DNA of 64,000 bases from Dimorphilus gyrociliatus (Eukaryota > Animalia > Annelida), in NCBI GenBank assembly GCA_904063045.1, contig CAJFCJ010000002.1, forward strand, positions 1 through 64,000, read 5' to 3'. Position 1 is the stretch's first letter. The number at the start of each line of letters is the position of its first letter. Both the position numbers and the translations under genes were made by a program. Below, piece after piece: positions 22,763 through 34,660 of the stretch. Below the pieces are notes generated by a model. The model was not told the DNA's origin and made no database searches. It was given only the letters and a program-made list of their open reading frames with translations.

Positions 22763-24390
22763 AAAGTTAATTTATTTTCTTCCTTATAAACTCATTTTTC
22801 AGTGTATTTTTACGATTCTTATTTTTAGTTAGCATTAGTAAAATATCCAAATCTAACATTGAATGGGAAAATAAAAATTTTGACGGTAACAATGTACCTA
22901 TAGACTAATAACTCCTCCCATTTACGTATTTACGGTTTAAAAATATCTTTTTAACCAGTGGCGCCATCTATCTTTTAAAAAAAAAATAAAAAAAAGTCTG
23001 CCGTTACCAATTGAAAGTACTTACGCGTAATTAGATTTGTTAAATCTGATAAACGATAATCTAAAATTAGCTAAAAATAGTAATCCTAGTAGAAGGATGG
23101 ACTAAGTAAATAGGAAAATTGATAACTAATAGGAAGAAGAGACATGAACATTTTTTAAGTATTGACGAAATACCTCAAACATTTCTCTAACTATCAGCAA
23201 ACAAACAGTATAAAAATCGTTCGATATTTATACAAACCCTCCCTACTCTGTACATTTCATAGATTTATTATAAGATATTAAGAATTCCTCATTATACCAA
23301 CATAAATTTCATAAATAGAATCATTTGAAGAATGACAATTATTTCTTATATAAAACATATAAAAACTGTACAAAAAAAACAGAAATAAAAACCCAAATCT
23401 TTATAAAACTCTTCTAAAACTTTATTGAATCGTAAAAGATATTATATAACTTTTTGGAGAGGGAAAAAAATGGAAAAATAAAAAGTGATTAAATTAATTC
23501 TTCTTTAGACTGGTACGCTGGTAATACGCAACAAAAGACAAAAAATTCAAATACTAAAATTTGCTATGAAAGGTAAGGTTATTTCAATTTTTTTTTATTA
23601 TAAAGTATCCATAATTTTAAGCTTAAAAAAGTTAAGTGTCAATGCTACTTAATGCATTTATAATACTGTATATACATTGTATTATTCTCCTTATCAACAA
23701 CCCGTTCAACAAGTTTCATAAAAAGGAATATTTAAAAAGTCTTCCACACTTTAAATTATTAACAACGACGAACAGAGAATAGTAGAGGAAAAAACGTTCG
23801 ATATTAAATAAGCCTAGTTTTACGGTCATAAATATATCTCGCTTCCATAATGATATAGATTTTCGAGCTTGCAACAACGCGTGACAAAAATCCGGATAAG
23901 ACAGCCCGTATATCAATTTAATTTATTTCTTAACAACTGTTGTTTATTATAAATACTTACTTATTTACTATTAGTAAGTGCATTTTTAACACTTAAAATT
24001 CAATTATTTCATTCATAACAATGTTGATTAAATTAATATAATATAAATATTGTTTATAAAGAGAAAGAAGATATAAAATTGTTGATATGTTTTGTAGAAA
24101 GATTTAATCGTAGGCTTCAATATATCTTTATAGTAAAAAAAAAAAGGCGAAGGGAACCTATACTACACCAATCAATATATTGACCATGAACGACCGTCAA
24201 TCGGTAAAAACCGTTTTTTTTTATTATGTATAAACATAGACTGTGAAAAATCAAATAATTCAAGCAGTTACGAATAATTCGTTAGCCGGGTTAACCGATT
24301 ATTCATTTACTTAGATAGGTTCTCTTTTTTCTGTTAAAAAAAAAACAATCTGAACCTCATTAAGTTACCAACCAACAGGTAGACAGAGCT

Positions 24391-25344
24391 ATGTCGAAAG
24401 CCGAACGGGTTGCGTTGAAACCTTCTAGAGTATCGGATTTATACGCCTCCCTCTCACCTCCGAGATCTCCACGTCATCCGAAATTTGTTGATGTTCAAAA
24501 TTGGAAGGAAAGTAGGCGAAATGTCGACGAAAAACCGGGAGAAAGAAAAGTTGAAACGTACGAGAGACATTTTGTGGATAGAACTAGGCCTGTTTCAGTG
24601 AATTTTTCACCGAATAGTAGTATGTCAACAACTGCAAGTTATAAAGTACCAGTTCATTTAGACGCTCTATCGGAATGTTCAAATTCTAAATCGTTTACTA
24701 TCCGCTCGGATGGCTTAGGAGAAGAGGAATTAGACGCTATTCGTAACGTTGACGATACTTTCAACAGGACCTTAATAACAACTGATGAGAATACTGGTGA
24801 GCGAATAATGAAAGTAACCTTTGATGTTAGTGGATTTTCATCGAAAGACATCAAGGTTAAAGCAAATGCTCAAAACGTTCAGGTCATTGCAAAAAAAGAA
24901 GATTCGGGCTATAACGAAAGGTCGACAAAAGAATATACCAGAAACGTACAACTTCCTCCCGAAGCTGATCATAGTAGGATAAAATGTTCTAAAAGTGGAC
25001 GGAGTTTGACAGTTGAGATCCCGATTATTGACAAATCTAATATTAAACCACCAGAACTTAATTCACCGACAATAGTGAAAGATAAAGAGGGTAGTAAATG
25101 GGAATTATTAGCAGATGTCGGTCATTTTTTCGATGCGGATGAAATAGTCGTCAAGTACAAAAGTGGTAACATTCTACAAATACAAGCGGAACACATTGAA
25201 AATGGCTCGACGGATAAAATGAAAGCCAGTTTGCTTAGAGAATTTCATATTAATCGACGTATTATACCAAGATCGATTAAAGCAGGTTTAACAGGAAGTG
25301 GACAGTTAAAAGTGAGTGCTAAAGTGAGAGATGATAGTTTCTAA
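24391..25344 (+). CDS. Small heat-shock protein with two alpha-crystallin domains (p40 / major egg antigen-like), 317 aa
   Basis: ACD1: KVTFDVSGFSSKDIKVKA...EYTRNVQLPPEADHSRIKCS...LTVEIP. ACD2: LADVGHFFDADEIVVK...LQIQAEH...REFHINRRIIPRSIKAGLTGSGQLKVSA. Confidence 0.85.
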   Translation: MSKAERVALKPSRVSDLYASLSPPRSPRHPKFVDVQNWKESRRNVDEKPGERKVETYERHFVDRTRPVSVNFSPNSSMSTTASYKVPVHLDALSECSNSKSFTIRSDGLGEEELDAIRNVDDTFNRTLITTDENTGERIMKVTFDVSGFSSKDIKVKANAQNVQVIAKKEDSGYNERSTKEYTRNVQLPPEADHSRIKCSKSGRSLTVEIPIIDKSNIKPPELNSPTIVKDKEGSKWELLADVGHFFDADEIVVKYKSGNILQIQAEHIENGSTDKMKASLLREFHINRRIIPRSIKAGLTGSGQLKVSAKVRDDSF

Positions 25345-28300
25345 AAATTGAAGAACTTGCCAATTGCAATTATTTGTAATATATCTTGTGCTAACAATAA
25401 CATTTTTTAAATATGGTTTACAGAGTATTATTACATATAGATATAAAATTGAAAAAACACAGAGCGATAAAGGCAATTGTTCCATTACAAATGAGTAAAA
25501 CACTACCCTTTTGACAGTTTTCATTTGGCGCTTTTCACCTTTTACATTCTTCTTTGCTTTAAAGTAAATGAATGAAATATTTTCACTATGTGCTTAAACG
25601 TTTACAGATTTACCGCAGTCTTATTTGACAATTGCACAAGCTGATAATTATTCTGAGCTTAGCCTTCAAATAAATTTACATAGCTACTCATAATCAGCTT
25701 TAAAATGTATTGAACAAAAAATTATAGGCATAATTTCTAATGTAACATTCCATATGTTATTGTGTTATATTGACACATATCTCATTAAATGATTAAATTC
25801 ATTTACAAATACTAAATAAATATATAAATAGAACTAATGATAAAAAGTTAAATGCATTCATATTTAATGAATGAAATAACACCTTACCAATCAGTTCAAT
25901 ATCTAGGTAATTCTTCCTCCAAAAACATTCCCAAACCCCTTATCCAAGTTGTCTATCATACATAAAAAAAACTTTGAAAAATAGCTTCTATTGTGTATTA
26001 TGAAAGGGATGTTAGCCGTTCCAATTTGGCCATTGATGTGACAATGGATTCTATTTCTTTATTCATACCTCCTTATTATCTAGACTTTCTTATATTTTAT
26101 ACGAACAGGCAATTAGGTATATATATATATATATCATATAGACTCTATTTTATCTAGTCATTCAAGTAAATGTGTCTGTTTGAAGAGATTATAACAAATG
26201 AAGAAATGATACTCTCTTATATAATCCTATTATTTCTTTTTCCTGTCTATTTCTTTTATCAATAATCTCTTTCCTCTTAAAGATCATTTTGATTTTATCA
26301 TTAGGAAAAAAGCTCATATTCCATTGTCAAATCAGCAAGATATAGAGATGGCTAATGTTGAAGAATGCGTTAATAATTGTTTGTTATAGACAAAATACAT
26401 CAACTTTTTACTGTCAGAGCTTTGGGACTAAATCTGTTTCAACGGAACTAGTAGAGTGTTGGTTTTCAGAAAATAATTCAACTACAGCTGATATTGTCAA
26501 CAACGACTTTTATGATTAATAGGCATCATGTACAACAAGATAAAAAGAAGAAGATAAATCTTAGTAAATTTTTTACTATTGTAACAAATATTCGAATGAT
26601 CCTATTTAGGTTGTTCAAATCTTGTTAGATAATCTCAAATTGATTAGCTACAATAAGTAATTTAAACTATTTGTTTGATTGTTACCTTTAGTTTATAAAG
26701 TGCAGTATTTAAAGACAATTTTACAGGTGTTAACTCATTAATATGAGATTTTGCGTCTAGTTGTGTACCACAACCGCTAAGCCCAAGTATTAGTACGTTA
26801 AAGCTTTTTCTACATGTTTTCTTATTAATACTCTTTCTCCTTCTCTTCAATTGCTCTTGTCATCGTTTAACTTTAATTAAAGTGGATCTCAAAACAAGGA
26901 CGTCGTTAACATGATATTTTGTTTATTTACAAAAATGACCCGTTAACAATCTCTTACTATACTTTAGGATTAATTCTTAGGAAACGTAGGGTAATATTTA
27001 GCTTGCCTAAAAGCTCACCTTCTGTAAGAGTTTATCCTCATTATTTTCCTTCTTTCTCTTTTGGGGATTTTGTTTATTATTGCAAAATAATAGCTATTAT
27101 TTGAATAAACCTATTTAGAATAAGAAAATTAAGTTGGGTCTATTGTTAAGATTTATTCTTATTTGTCCCTTTAATATTGTATAGGCTTAAATATGTTAAT
27201 AAAACTGAACAGTTGTGTATTATATCAACGTACAGCAAAGATTGAATTTCTTACATACTTTTCATATAAAATAACATTAAAAAACAAAAAAATGTAATCT
27301 TATTTCGTATTAATTAACGATCTCTTTTTATTTAATCAGGTGTATACATTAAAAAGTGAATATTTACACTTTTTCCTATTTGTACAAACAATAATACATA
27401 ATAGACTTTTATAGGCTGAAGAAGCCTATTTTCCATTTAACTGCGAACCCATACTAATGGCTTTGAGATGTTATTATCCGTTTGCTACAGCTAGAAGTAA
27501 AATAAACGTATGAATAAGATAACAATCCAAGAGGTAGAGGAAGAGAACAAGGGAAAAAAAAGCTTGTGATATATACTACATAATCTGAATAACAAATATT
27601 ATAGAGTTAACAACTTTTTCTTGTCAAGATTTATTTATATTATAATATTTATCTGATTCTTCACAGCATATTTTACATACCGAACATATTTGTTTAGTAA
27701 TAATACAAAAAGTCTAAAAAGTGGATCTTAATACCCTAAACAAACGTCCTTAATTAAGGGAATATGATAAAATGATAGATATTTAGACAGAAATTATCCT
27801 GTATCTTTAAAATATGACAATAATTCAAGTGATTTTACTGATTATTATATATTCTAAAAGAGTTTCACAACGTATTTCTAACAAAGAGAATATCAACAAG
27901 TTTAATTTAGGGAAAAAGGAAAAAATACTCATTAAATGATTAAAACCATCTGAATACTATCAATAAAGATACTATAACACAGTATAAAGTATAGAAAATA
28001 TATTTTATTTCATATTTTTAATCAATTAAACTGAAATATTCCAACAATTGAATATAAATATATTAATAATTAATATTTATGTGTATATTTTACCACTTTT
28101 TCCATCTTCCTTATAAATAAACAAGTATATATATACTTTAAAATTTATTAATGTTCACTTTTAGTCTTTATTATTCTCCATAAAGTTTCTTTTTTATGTT
28201 GTAAATTTAACTTAGTTGTCTTCCATACTTTTATCCATCGTTTTACCTTTAGGGTACCTCTTTTTAGTGTTAATTTTGCTAGTTTCTATAATATATAAAT

Positions 28301-28753
28301 AATGATATATTAAAAATATATTATATAGAAAAACAATAAAATATTATTTTTACTTGGAGTCGGTTCATTAATATTACAAAAAAAGAGATTTTGGTTTTTA
28401 CCACAGCTTTAACACTTCCGGGGAAATAAAATACAGTTCTAGCAAAAATATGTTTTCTCAAATAAATAATTCATTATGCTTAGTGTCGCCATCTTGAGTA
28501 ATTTTTTTTATGTTATAATAAGATATATTTATATATATATATAGTATAACAATGCCATTTAGAAGCTAATAGATCTCTTTATTGGGAATATAGAAACGAA
28601 AGAAAACAAGACTTGGCGTCTAAACATTATAAAAGTAATTCGAGAGGGATGAGTACATTATAACAATATGAATATACTTATATCGATGTATTATTATCTG
28701 ATCTTTATCCATATTCGGGTTCAATCGTTGATCTAACAAAAAATTTGCTTTTT

Positions 28754-29747
28754 TCATTCGATTTTCTTACAGATTAGTAAATTTTGTGTCATTTCTCTAA
28801 GATATCGATTAGGTAAAACGTAAATGAAAGGATTAATAATACTATTCAAAGTGATAGATAGAGTAAGAACTATTCCGACACTATCATTTTCATTATTTTC
28901 AAATCCGATAAATCTTCCAATTGTTGATCCTGGTATCCAACAAACCATAAACATTGCTGTTATTAACATTAATTGAAAAAGTAGAGCGTTTTCCCGATAT
29001 TTTTTCTTATTATCGTTAGCAGAACTACCAGATTCCTTATTTGATGAACTAGTTTCAGTAGCATTTACTCTCTTCCTGCTTCTGAGAACGGTTGAATATA
29101 CCCCATAATAGAAAATTAAGACCAATACTACGGGTATTATTGTAAATAATGTTATGCAAAGAAAAGTAAATGACAATGAAGAAGGATATTCAAATATGCA
29201 AATATTCTTTCCGGTTGAAAAGATCACTGGACACCATCCAGTAATAAGAGCTATAGAAGTTGGTAGGAAACCAAATATCCAATTGCTTAGTATCATGAAT
29301 AAGCAATTTCTCTTTCTAAACAATACTTTACAAAGAGCTGGACGTAATGTAGACGTAAATCTATTATGTTAAATGTTTATTTACAGAAAAACGCCGTGAT
29401 AAAGTTTTAAAAACTAAACAAAGTCAACCCTACCTATGAAAGGCAACCAAACAAAGTCCAATTGATGAACAATGAACTGATGATGTAATCAAAAAAGCAT
29501 TTAATCGACAGAGCTCAAAGAGTAGTGGTTTCGTTAGAGGATTGCCGTATTGTGTAAAAATAATATAAACAAATGATGAAGAAAGTCCTAACAGATCAGC
29601 TGAGTTCGTATTGATAACGAATCCTCTTTGATCGAATGTAAATCTTTTAGCTTTTGCAAATACTACTATTACAATTATATTGGCACATATTCCCAAAAAG
29701 ATAATTATTTCCAGAATGATTATCAATGGTAGTGAAAGTTTTACCAT
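28754..29747 (-). CDS. Orphan rhodopsin-class (class A) GPCR, 2 exons
   Basis: Exons 29747-29434 and 29360-28754, joined in phase 2 to give AFHR|FTS. Seven TM segments with GICAN (TM1), ADLL (TM2), an ECL2 Cys, CWIP (TM6) and NSIINPFIY (TM7). Confidence 0.9.
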
Positions 29748-31304
29748 CTCCTTTCAACTGACAACGTGCAGAACTTAAAACAAAGTATAATTATATTCCA
29801 CGTATATCCTTAGTCTTGACTAGACAATCTAATGTTTCCTTAAGCTTGTTGTATTTATGCAGGTGATAATTATGAAAATAAGAATATATTAAGTATTAAT
29901 AATCTATTGTAACCTATTGTTAAGGATTAAAAAATCTAGCTATTAGAATAATTAACAAAGCCATTTATTCAAGAAATATATATATATATCTTAATACATT
30001 GCTAGAAAGATAATTAATTAATGTATAAACTACAATAAATAAGAAACATTTATATTAGTTAATACTAGTCTTTTTATTTATTTATATTTCATCTATTGTC
30101 TCCTATTACTATTTTAAAAAACCTAAATAAATAAATAAATAGAAATACGAAATATAGAGAAAAGCTTCTTCTTTTTTACCTTAAAAAATATATGGCTAGA
30201 GAAAAAAGTCTTCTATTAACTAAATTATATGTAAATGCCATATTTTTGTCGATTCAATAAAATTGCCTTCCATCATGTGTTATTTATCATCTCAACTTTA
30301 GGAGAACACACACGGCATATCGATATAAAAATTCATTATGATTTATTATTTCTACTCTATAAAGAGTTAGTGTGTATGGTAATTAGTTTGACAGAAAATT
30401 CCCTATATTAAATTGAAAAACTAAGCGTAAGTTACAAGTTAATTTTCCAAGAAAACTATCAAGGCAAAAGTGTAACATAAAAAAATTATCGCCTCTTTCC
30501 AACTACAAGGCAGGAGGAATTGGTTGAGTCATTACAAGCAAAGATTTACAAGTGCTAATGGGATTTTCCTAACTAGGAAAATAACCAGAATCTTTATATG
30601 TGTAATAAACTGTCTTATTGAAAGGTTTATAGATAAAATAAATAGACTATGTACTAAGGGAGAAATAATAAATATTTAAAAATAATAGGGAAGAAGAACA
30701 TTGAATTTTGCTTGTTCAAACGTAGAATTAATAAGCTTTATTCTTTTATATCAACTCATCACTAAGCTTTCCGCTTCAAGTTTCATTTCATCCTTAATGT
30801 TATTTGCCCTTTAACAGTCATGATAGGAGTTTAAATAATTAATGAAAGACAGTATTAGTTGGCTTTATTAACTTGTATTACAGATTAATATTTTGGAAAA
30901 ACGTTATCTATTTAGTCTACAGACGGTTAGATTCGTGCTCAGCGGATCTTATGTTTATTTGACAATCTGTCAGTACCAGTCTGTTAATAATAAAATGAAG
31001 GGCGTATTTTTAAATTCGGCTTACAGGCGTAATACCCCGGATAAACAGCTTTCATACAATTATTTATTACAATTTATACGAAATAGTGAATAAAACGATT
31101 AATTATCTTTGTTTAACTTTAAAAAATGATGTTAATGTAGAAAATTTTTAGTTATCTTTGCATTTTAATAAAATGCGTTCCGCGGTATTTAGTTATGTCG
31201 ATTAATGTTCGACGTCGAAATACTGTTCCAAAAGTGTGGTGTCCATGAAGAATCGTCATCTCAATTTCCCCACGATTCCATACTTCCATTTACGACAGGG
31301 AGAC

Positions 31305-32474
31305 ATGTATAATATCATCCAAGATGTTAAGCAAGGCAAAAGGAAGCAAATAGAATTAATCAGAAATGAACGTGCAAAACGTCTTTTATGTTTGAAATTT
31401 GATAGATTCATCAATTTTCGTCCAGTGCATAATTGCGGTATAAATAGTTTGGATTTAGATTCAAAAGAAAACAGATTGTAAGTTCTATACGTTTTAAAAT
31501 GTAAAATATGACAATATTATGCGAATGAAAATATTTTTTCTTCATTTTTCAGCATGTTATCAGGTGGGCACGATGGCATAATAGCCCTCCATGATACAGG
31601 GAAAAAGCAAGCAAAAGAGTCAAGAATTGCCTACAATTGTTTATTCACCATTAATGAATTTAACAACAAAGACAAGCACAGTTGCGGTGTCTACGATGTG
31701 AAATGGCTTCCTCAAGAAACAAACGCTTTTTTATCATGGAGTTGTGACAGGTACATAAAAATCTGGGATACAAGATGTGTTCAAGTCAATAGCGAGTTCC
31801 ATTTCTCAAGACCTGTGTATAAAATAGCATTACCTAAACTTGCCATACGGAGTTCATTGCTAGCTGTTGGACGTGGAGCTCCTAATTATTCCGTTGAGCT
31901 CATTGACTTGCGATGTGGTGAAATAAACTGTAAATTTAATGGTCATAGTCAATTAGTTTCCTCTCTCTCCTGGTCAAAAACCAATGAAAATATCATTGCT
32001 AGTGGTTCAGATGATTGTAAAATTAGTATATGGGATATTAGAAACGGAAAAGACTGCCTCCTCTCTGCCAAGTCTGACGAGACAGAAGAGGATTATAATT
32101 CCAGGGCTCACAGTGGCCCTATAACAGCTTTAGAATTTACGGATGACGGTTTGTATTTGATCAGCCTCGGCGAAGATAACAAACTTAGATTGTGGTGCGC
32201 ATTAACGGGAAATCTTGTGTACGAGAAAGAAATATTCAAAGTTTCATTAGGAATGTCAATCACAGAAGAATGTAATCCCGATTTGATTTTCATTCCTTCG
32301 GGGAATACCGTCGACATCATTAATTTAAGGGATGGAAAATACCTTAACACCCTTCAAAACGGTCAATCTGGCCGCATTAATTGCACCTGCCTAAATAACT
32401 CAACTCTGGAATTATACAGCGGTGGAGTTGATGGTAATATCCATTGCTGGAATGATGAAAAAAACTGCCACTAA
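31305..32474 (+). CDS. ERCC8: DNA excision repair protein ERCC-8 / Cockayne syndrome A (WD40), 2 exons
   Basis: Exons 31305-31477 and 31553-32474. N-terminus LIRNERAKRLLCLKF...HNCGINSLDLDSKENR|FMLSGGHDG parallels the CSA pattern H.GGINTLDI...RYMLSGGSDG; also IASGSDD..I.IWDIR and RAHSGPI. Confidence 0.9.
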
Positions 32475-32974
32475 AATACTCTTTAATATTCGTCAAAATT
32501 TGTCATTTGGAAAAATTTTAACCTTTTGGTTCCACTATTTTAACGTTTTCAAGAAGACTTTTGTATTATAAAAAAAAAGAAAAAAATATCAATTTACACT
32601 GAAACTGTAAATGTCTGTAAAATAAAAATCAATAAAAACCGCTTCTCATTTTAAGGAAACACATGGTTTATTTGACCGTTAAATTACCTCTCTCTTAACG
32701 ATTTTCAGTCAGCATGAAACGGGAAAATGCCATTATGAACATATGGCGAATAAAATTATTTAATAGGTAACAAAACGATCAAGTATGTATATTTATTATC
32801 CCACATTGTTCACTCTTTGAAAAACAGCTAATAAAATCGAATTTTTTGATAAATTACTGATTAATTATCTGGTTTACACGCGGGTATATTTTTGTTTTGT
32901 AATATAAAATAACTAAGAATTTATGATAATAAAAAAAACACAACAAAACATGATAGATGGCATTGCAAGCAACA

Positions 32975-33437
32975 TTTGGGGCCACACTGAAGAATAGAAA
33001 AGTATAGTAAAACCGGTTACCAGTGAGACATACTAAAACTGGGTTTATAATTTTTCCAGTGATACTTCATAAACTGTTTCATTTTAATTTTTCACATTTT
33101 AAAATATGATGTAATTTATGATTCTTCTTGTCGTTCTTTTGCACTTTTCGCAGTTAATGAAAGTTTTTTATTAAATGTTTTGTACAACGACAAGTTTCAT
33201 CTCTTCTAAGAAGTCTTTTGCAAGTTGTAATGCTACGTAGTGAATTACTTCTAGTTAAAGAAGGATTTTTTATAGGATTGTCAAAGATTTCCCCAATATT
33301 AACCCTTTTAATTAACTGTAATCCTAGCTTAAGCGTTTCAATTAGTATGCTAGCAGAATGACAAACCCAGTTTTAGTAAGCCCCATATGTGACTGGTAAC
33401 CGGTTTGACTGTGCTTCTGTTCTCCAGTGCAGCCAAA
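32975..33437. repeat. Inverted repeat, arms of about 72-75 bp at 32975-33046 and 33363-33437
   Basis: The arms share perfect blocks TACTAAAACTGGGTTT (16 nt) and AAACCGGTTACCAGT (15 nt) in opposite orientation. Confidence 0.85.
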
Positions 33438-33460
33438 CTTGACTCCGATAGCACCGCCAC

Positions 33461-34626
33461 CTATAACCCAAAGGTGTTTTCAATAGCAATCAGAGCGTAA
33501 AAAATAGTAAATAAAGTCAATTCTTGATGCAATGAAACTGCATTGTCGATCACATGTAAGTCCCTGAGATCTGTCCTGTTTGTCGACGGGACAAAACCTT
33601 TTTCGATTTTTAATCGAACAGCGTCTCTTTGCGCATACATTGATATTAGGCTCGTATTAAAATCACCAAACTGTAGCGTATCAAACATACAGCTATCAAA
33701 ATAATTGTCCGTTGTGATTGTTTCACAAACTCCTTTAGCTTCGGGAATCTTTTTCTTTTCAGTTTTGATAACTAATCTATCGCAATTCGTATCACAAAGC
33801 TGATAATATCGTTGGTTAACGGCGAATAACTCCGGCACCGATATGGAGAAGGAAAGGGCAATTGAAGAACGTCTTATAATTATTGTGGAATTCATGTAGC
33901 GAATAAATATTTCTACTTCGTCATTGTTACGAAATAGTCGAATACTCCTAGAGTCCCCACCTTCGGTAAGACCATTACTTAGAACGAACGGAAGGGGATT
34001 GCTTCCAGATATGTCAGCAGTATACGATAAATAGTGCTCCTCGGGTGTGCAACTGTCAGTTGGGTGGCTTTTGAATATAACTGTCACCTGTTCAAATGAA
34101 GAGAAGTTAGATATTATGCAATAAATGATTGCTTGTGATATAAGCTACCCCTTTCCCACGAGAATTATCTTTGATTAATCTTTAAATAGAAAATATATTT
34201 TATTGGACAGAAAATTATCATTGATAAGGCACGCGGATCCGATTCTGATATGATAAGTTAGGTACAAGTATAGGCCTACTTCAGATTCTATAAGTACTTA
34301 AAAAGTGACATAAATAAACAAAATTGGCAACCTGATAAAACCATTTAACCCAATAGCATCTCAATTATATGGAGAGAAATTCGCATTGAGGAATAAAATT
34401 AAACTAGTATAGTAATTTAGAGTAGCAAAAGGAATTTTACCAGATAGTTATCAAATGATAATGATTCTATAACAAATTTGTTTATCGCAATCTTCCAGAT
34501 AAAGAATTGAATACACAGATTTTTTCAAATTAAACGGACAAAAAAAAATTTAATCAAATATTTAGCCAGGTAGATATAATGCAAGTTTATTCTCTGTTAG
34601 CAGCCCTTTCAATAATCACATATTGA

Positions 34627-34660
<34 letters not shown>

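Noticed and set aside
28754-28900. GPCR as a possible opsin
   Set aside because: The retinal-binding Lys position in TM7 (six residues before NPxxY) is Thr.
34225-34236. 12-nt match to the 5' end of miR-124 (TAAGGCACGCGG)
   Set aside because: The sequence diverges after 12 nt, has no complementary arm for a hairpin, and lies in an RGM intron, so it is neither a precursor nor a plausible 3' UTR target.
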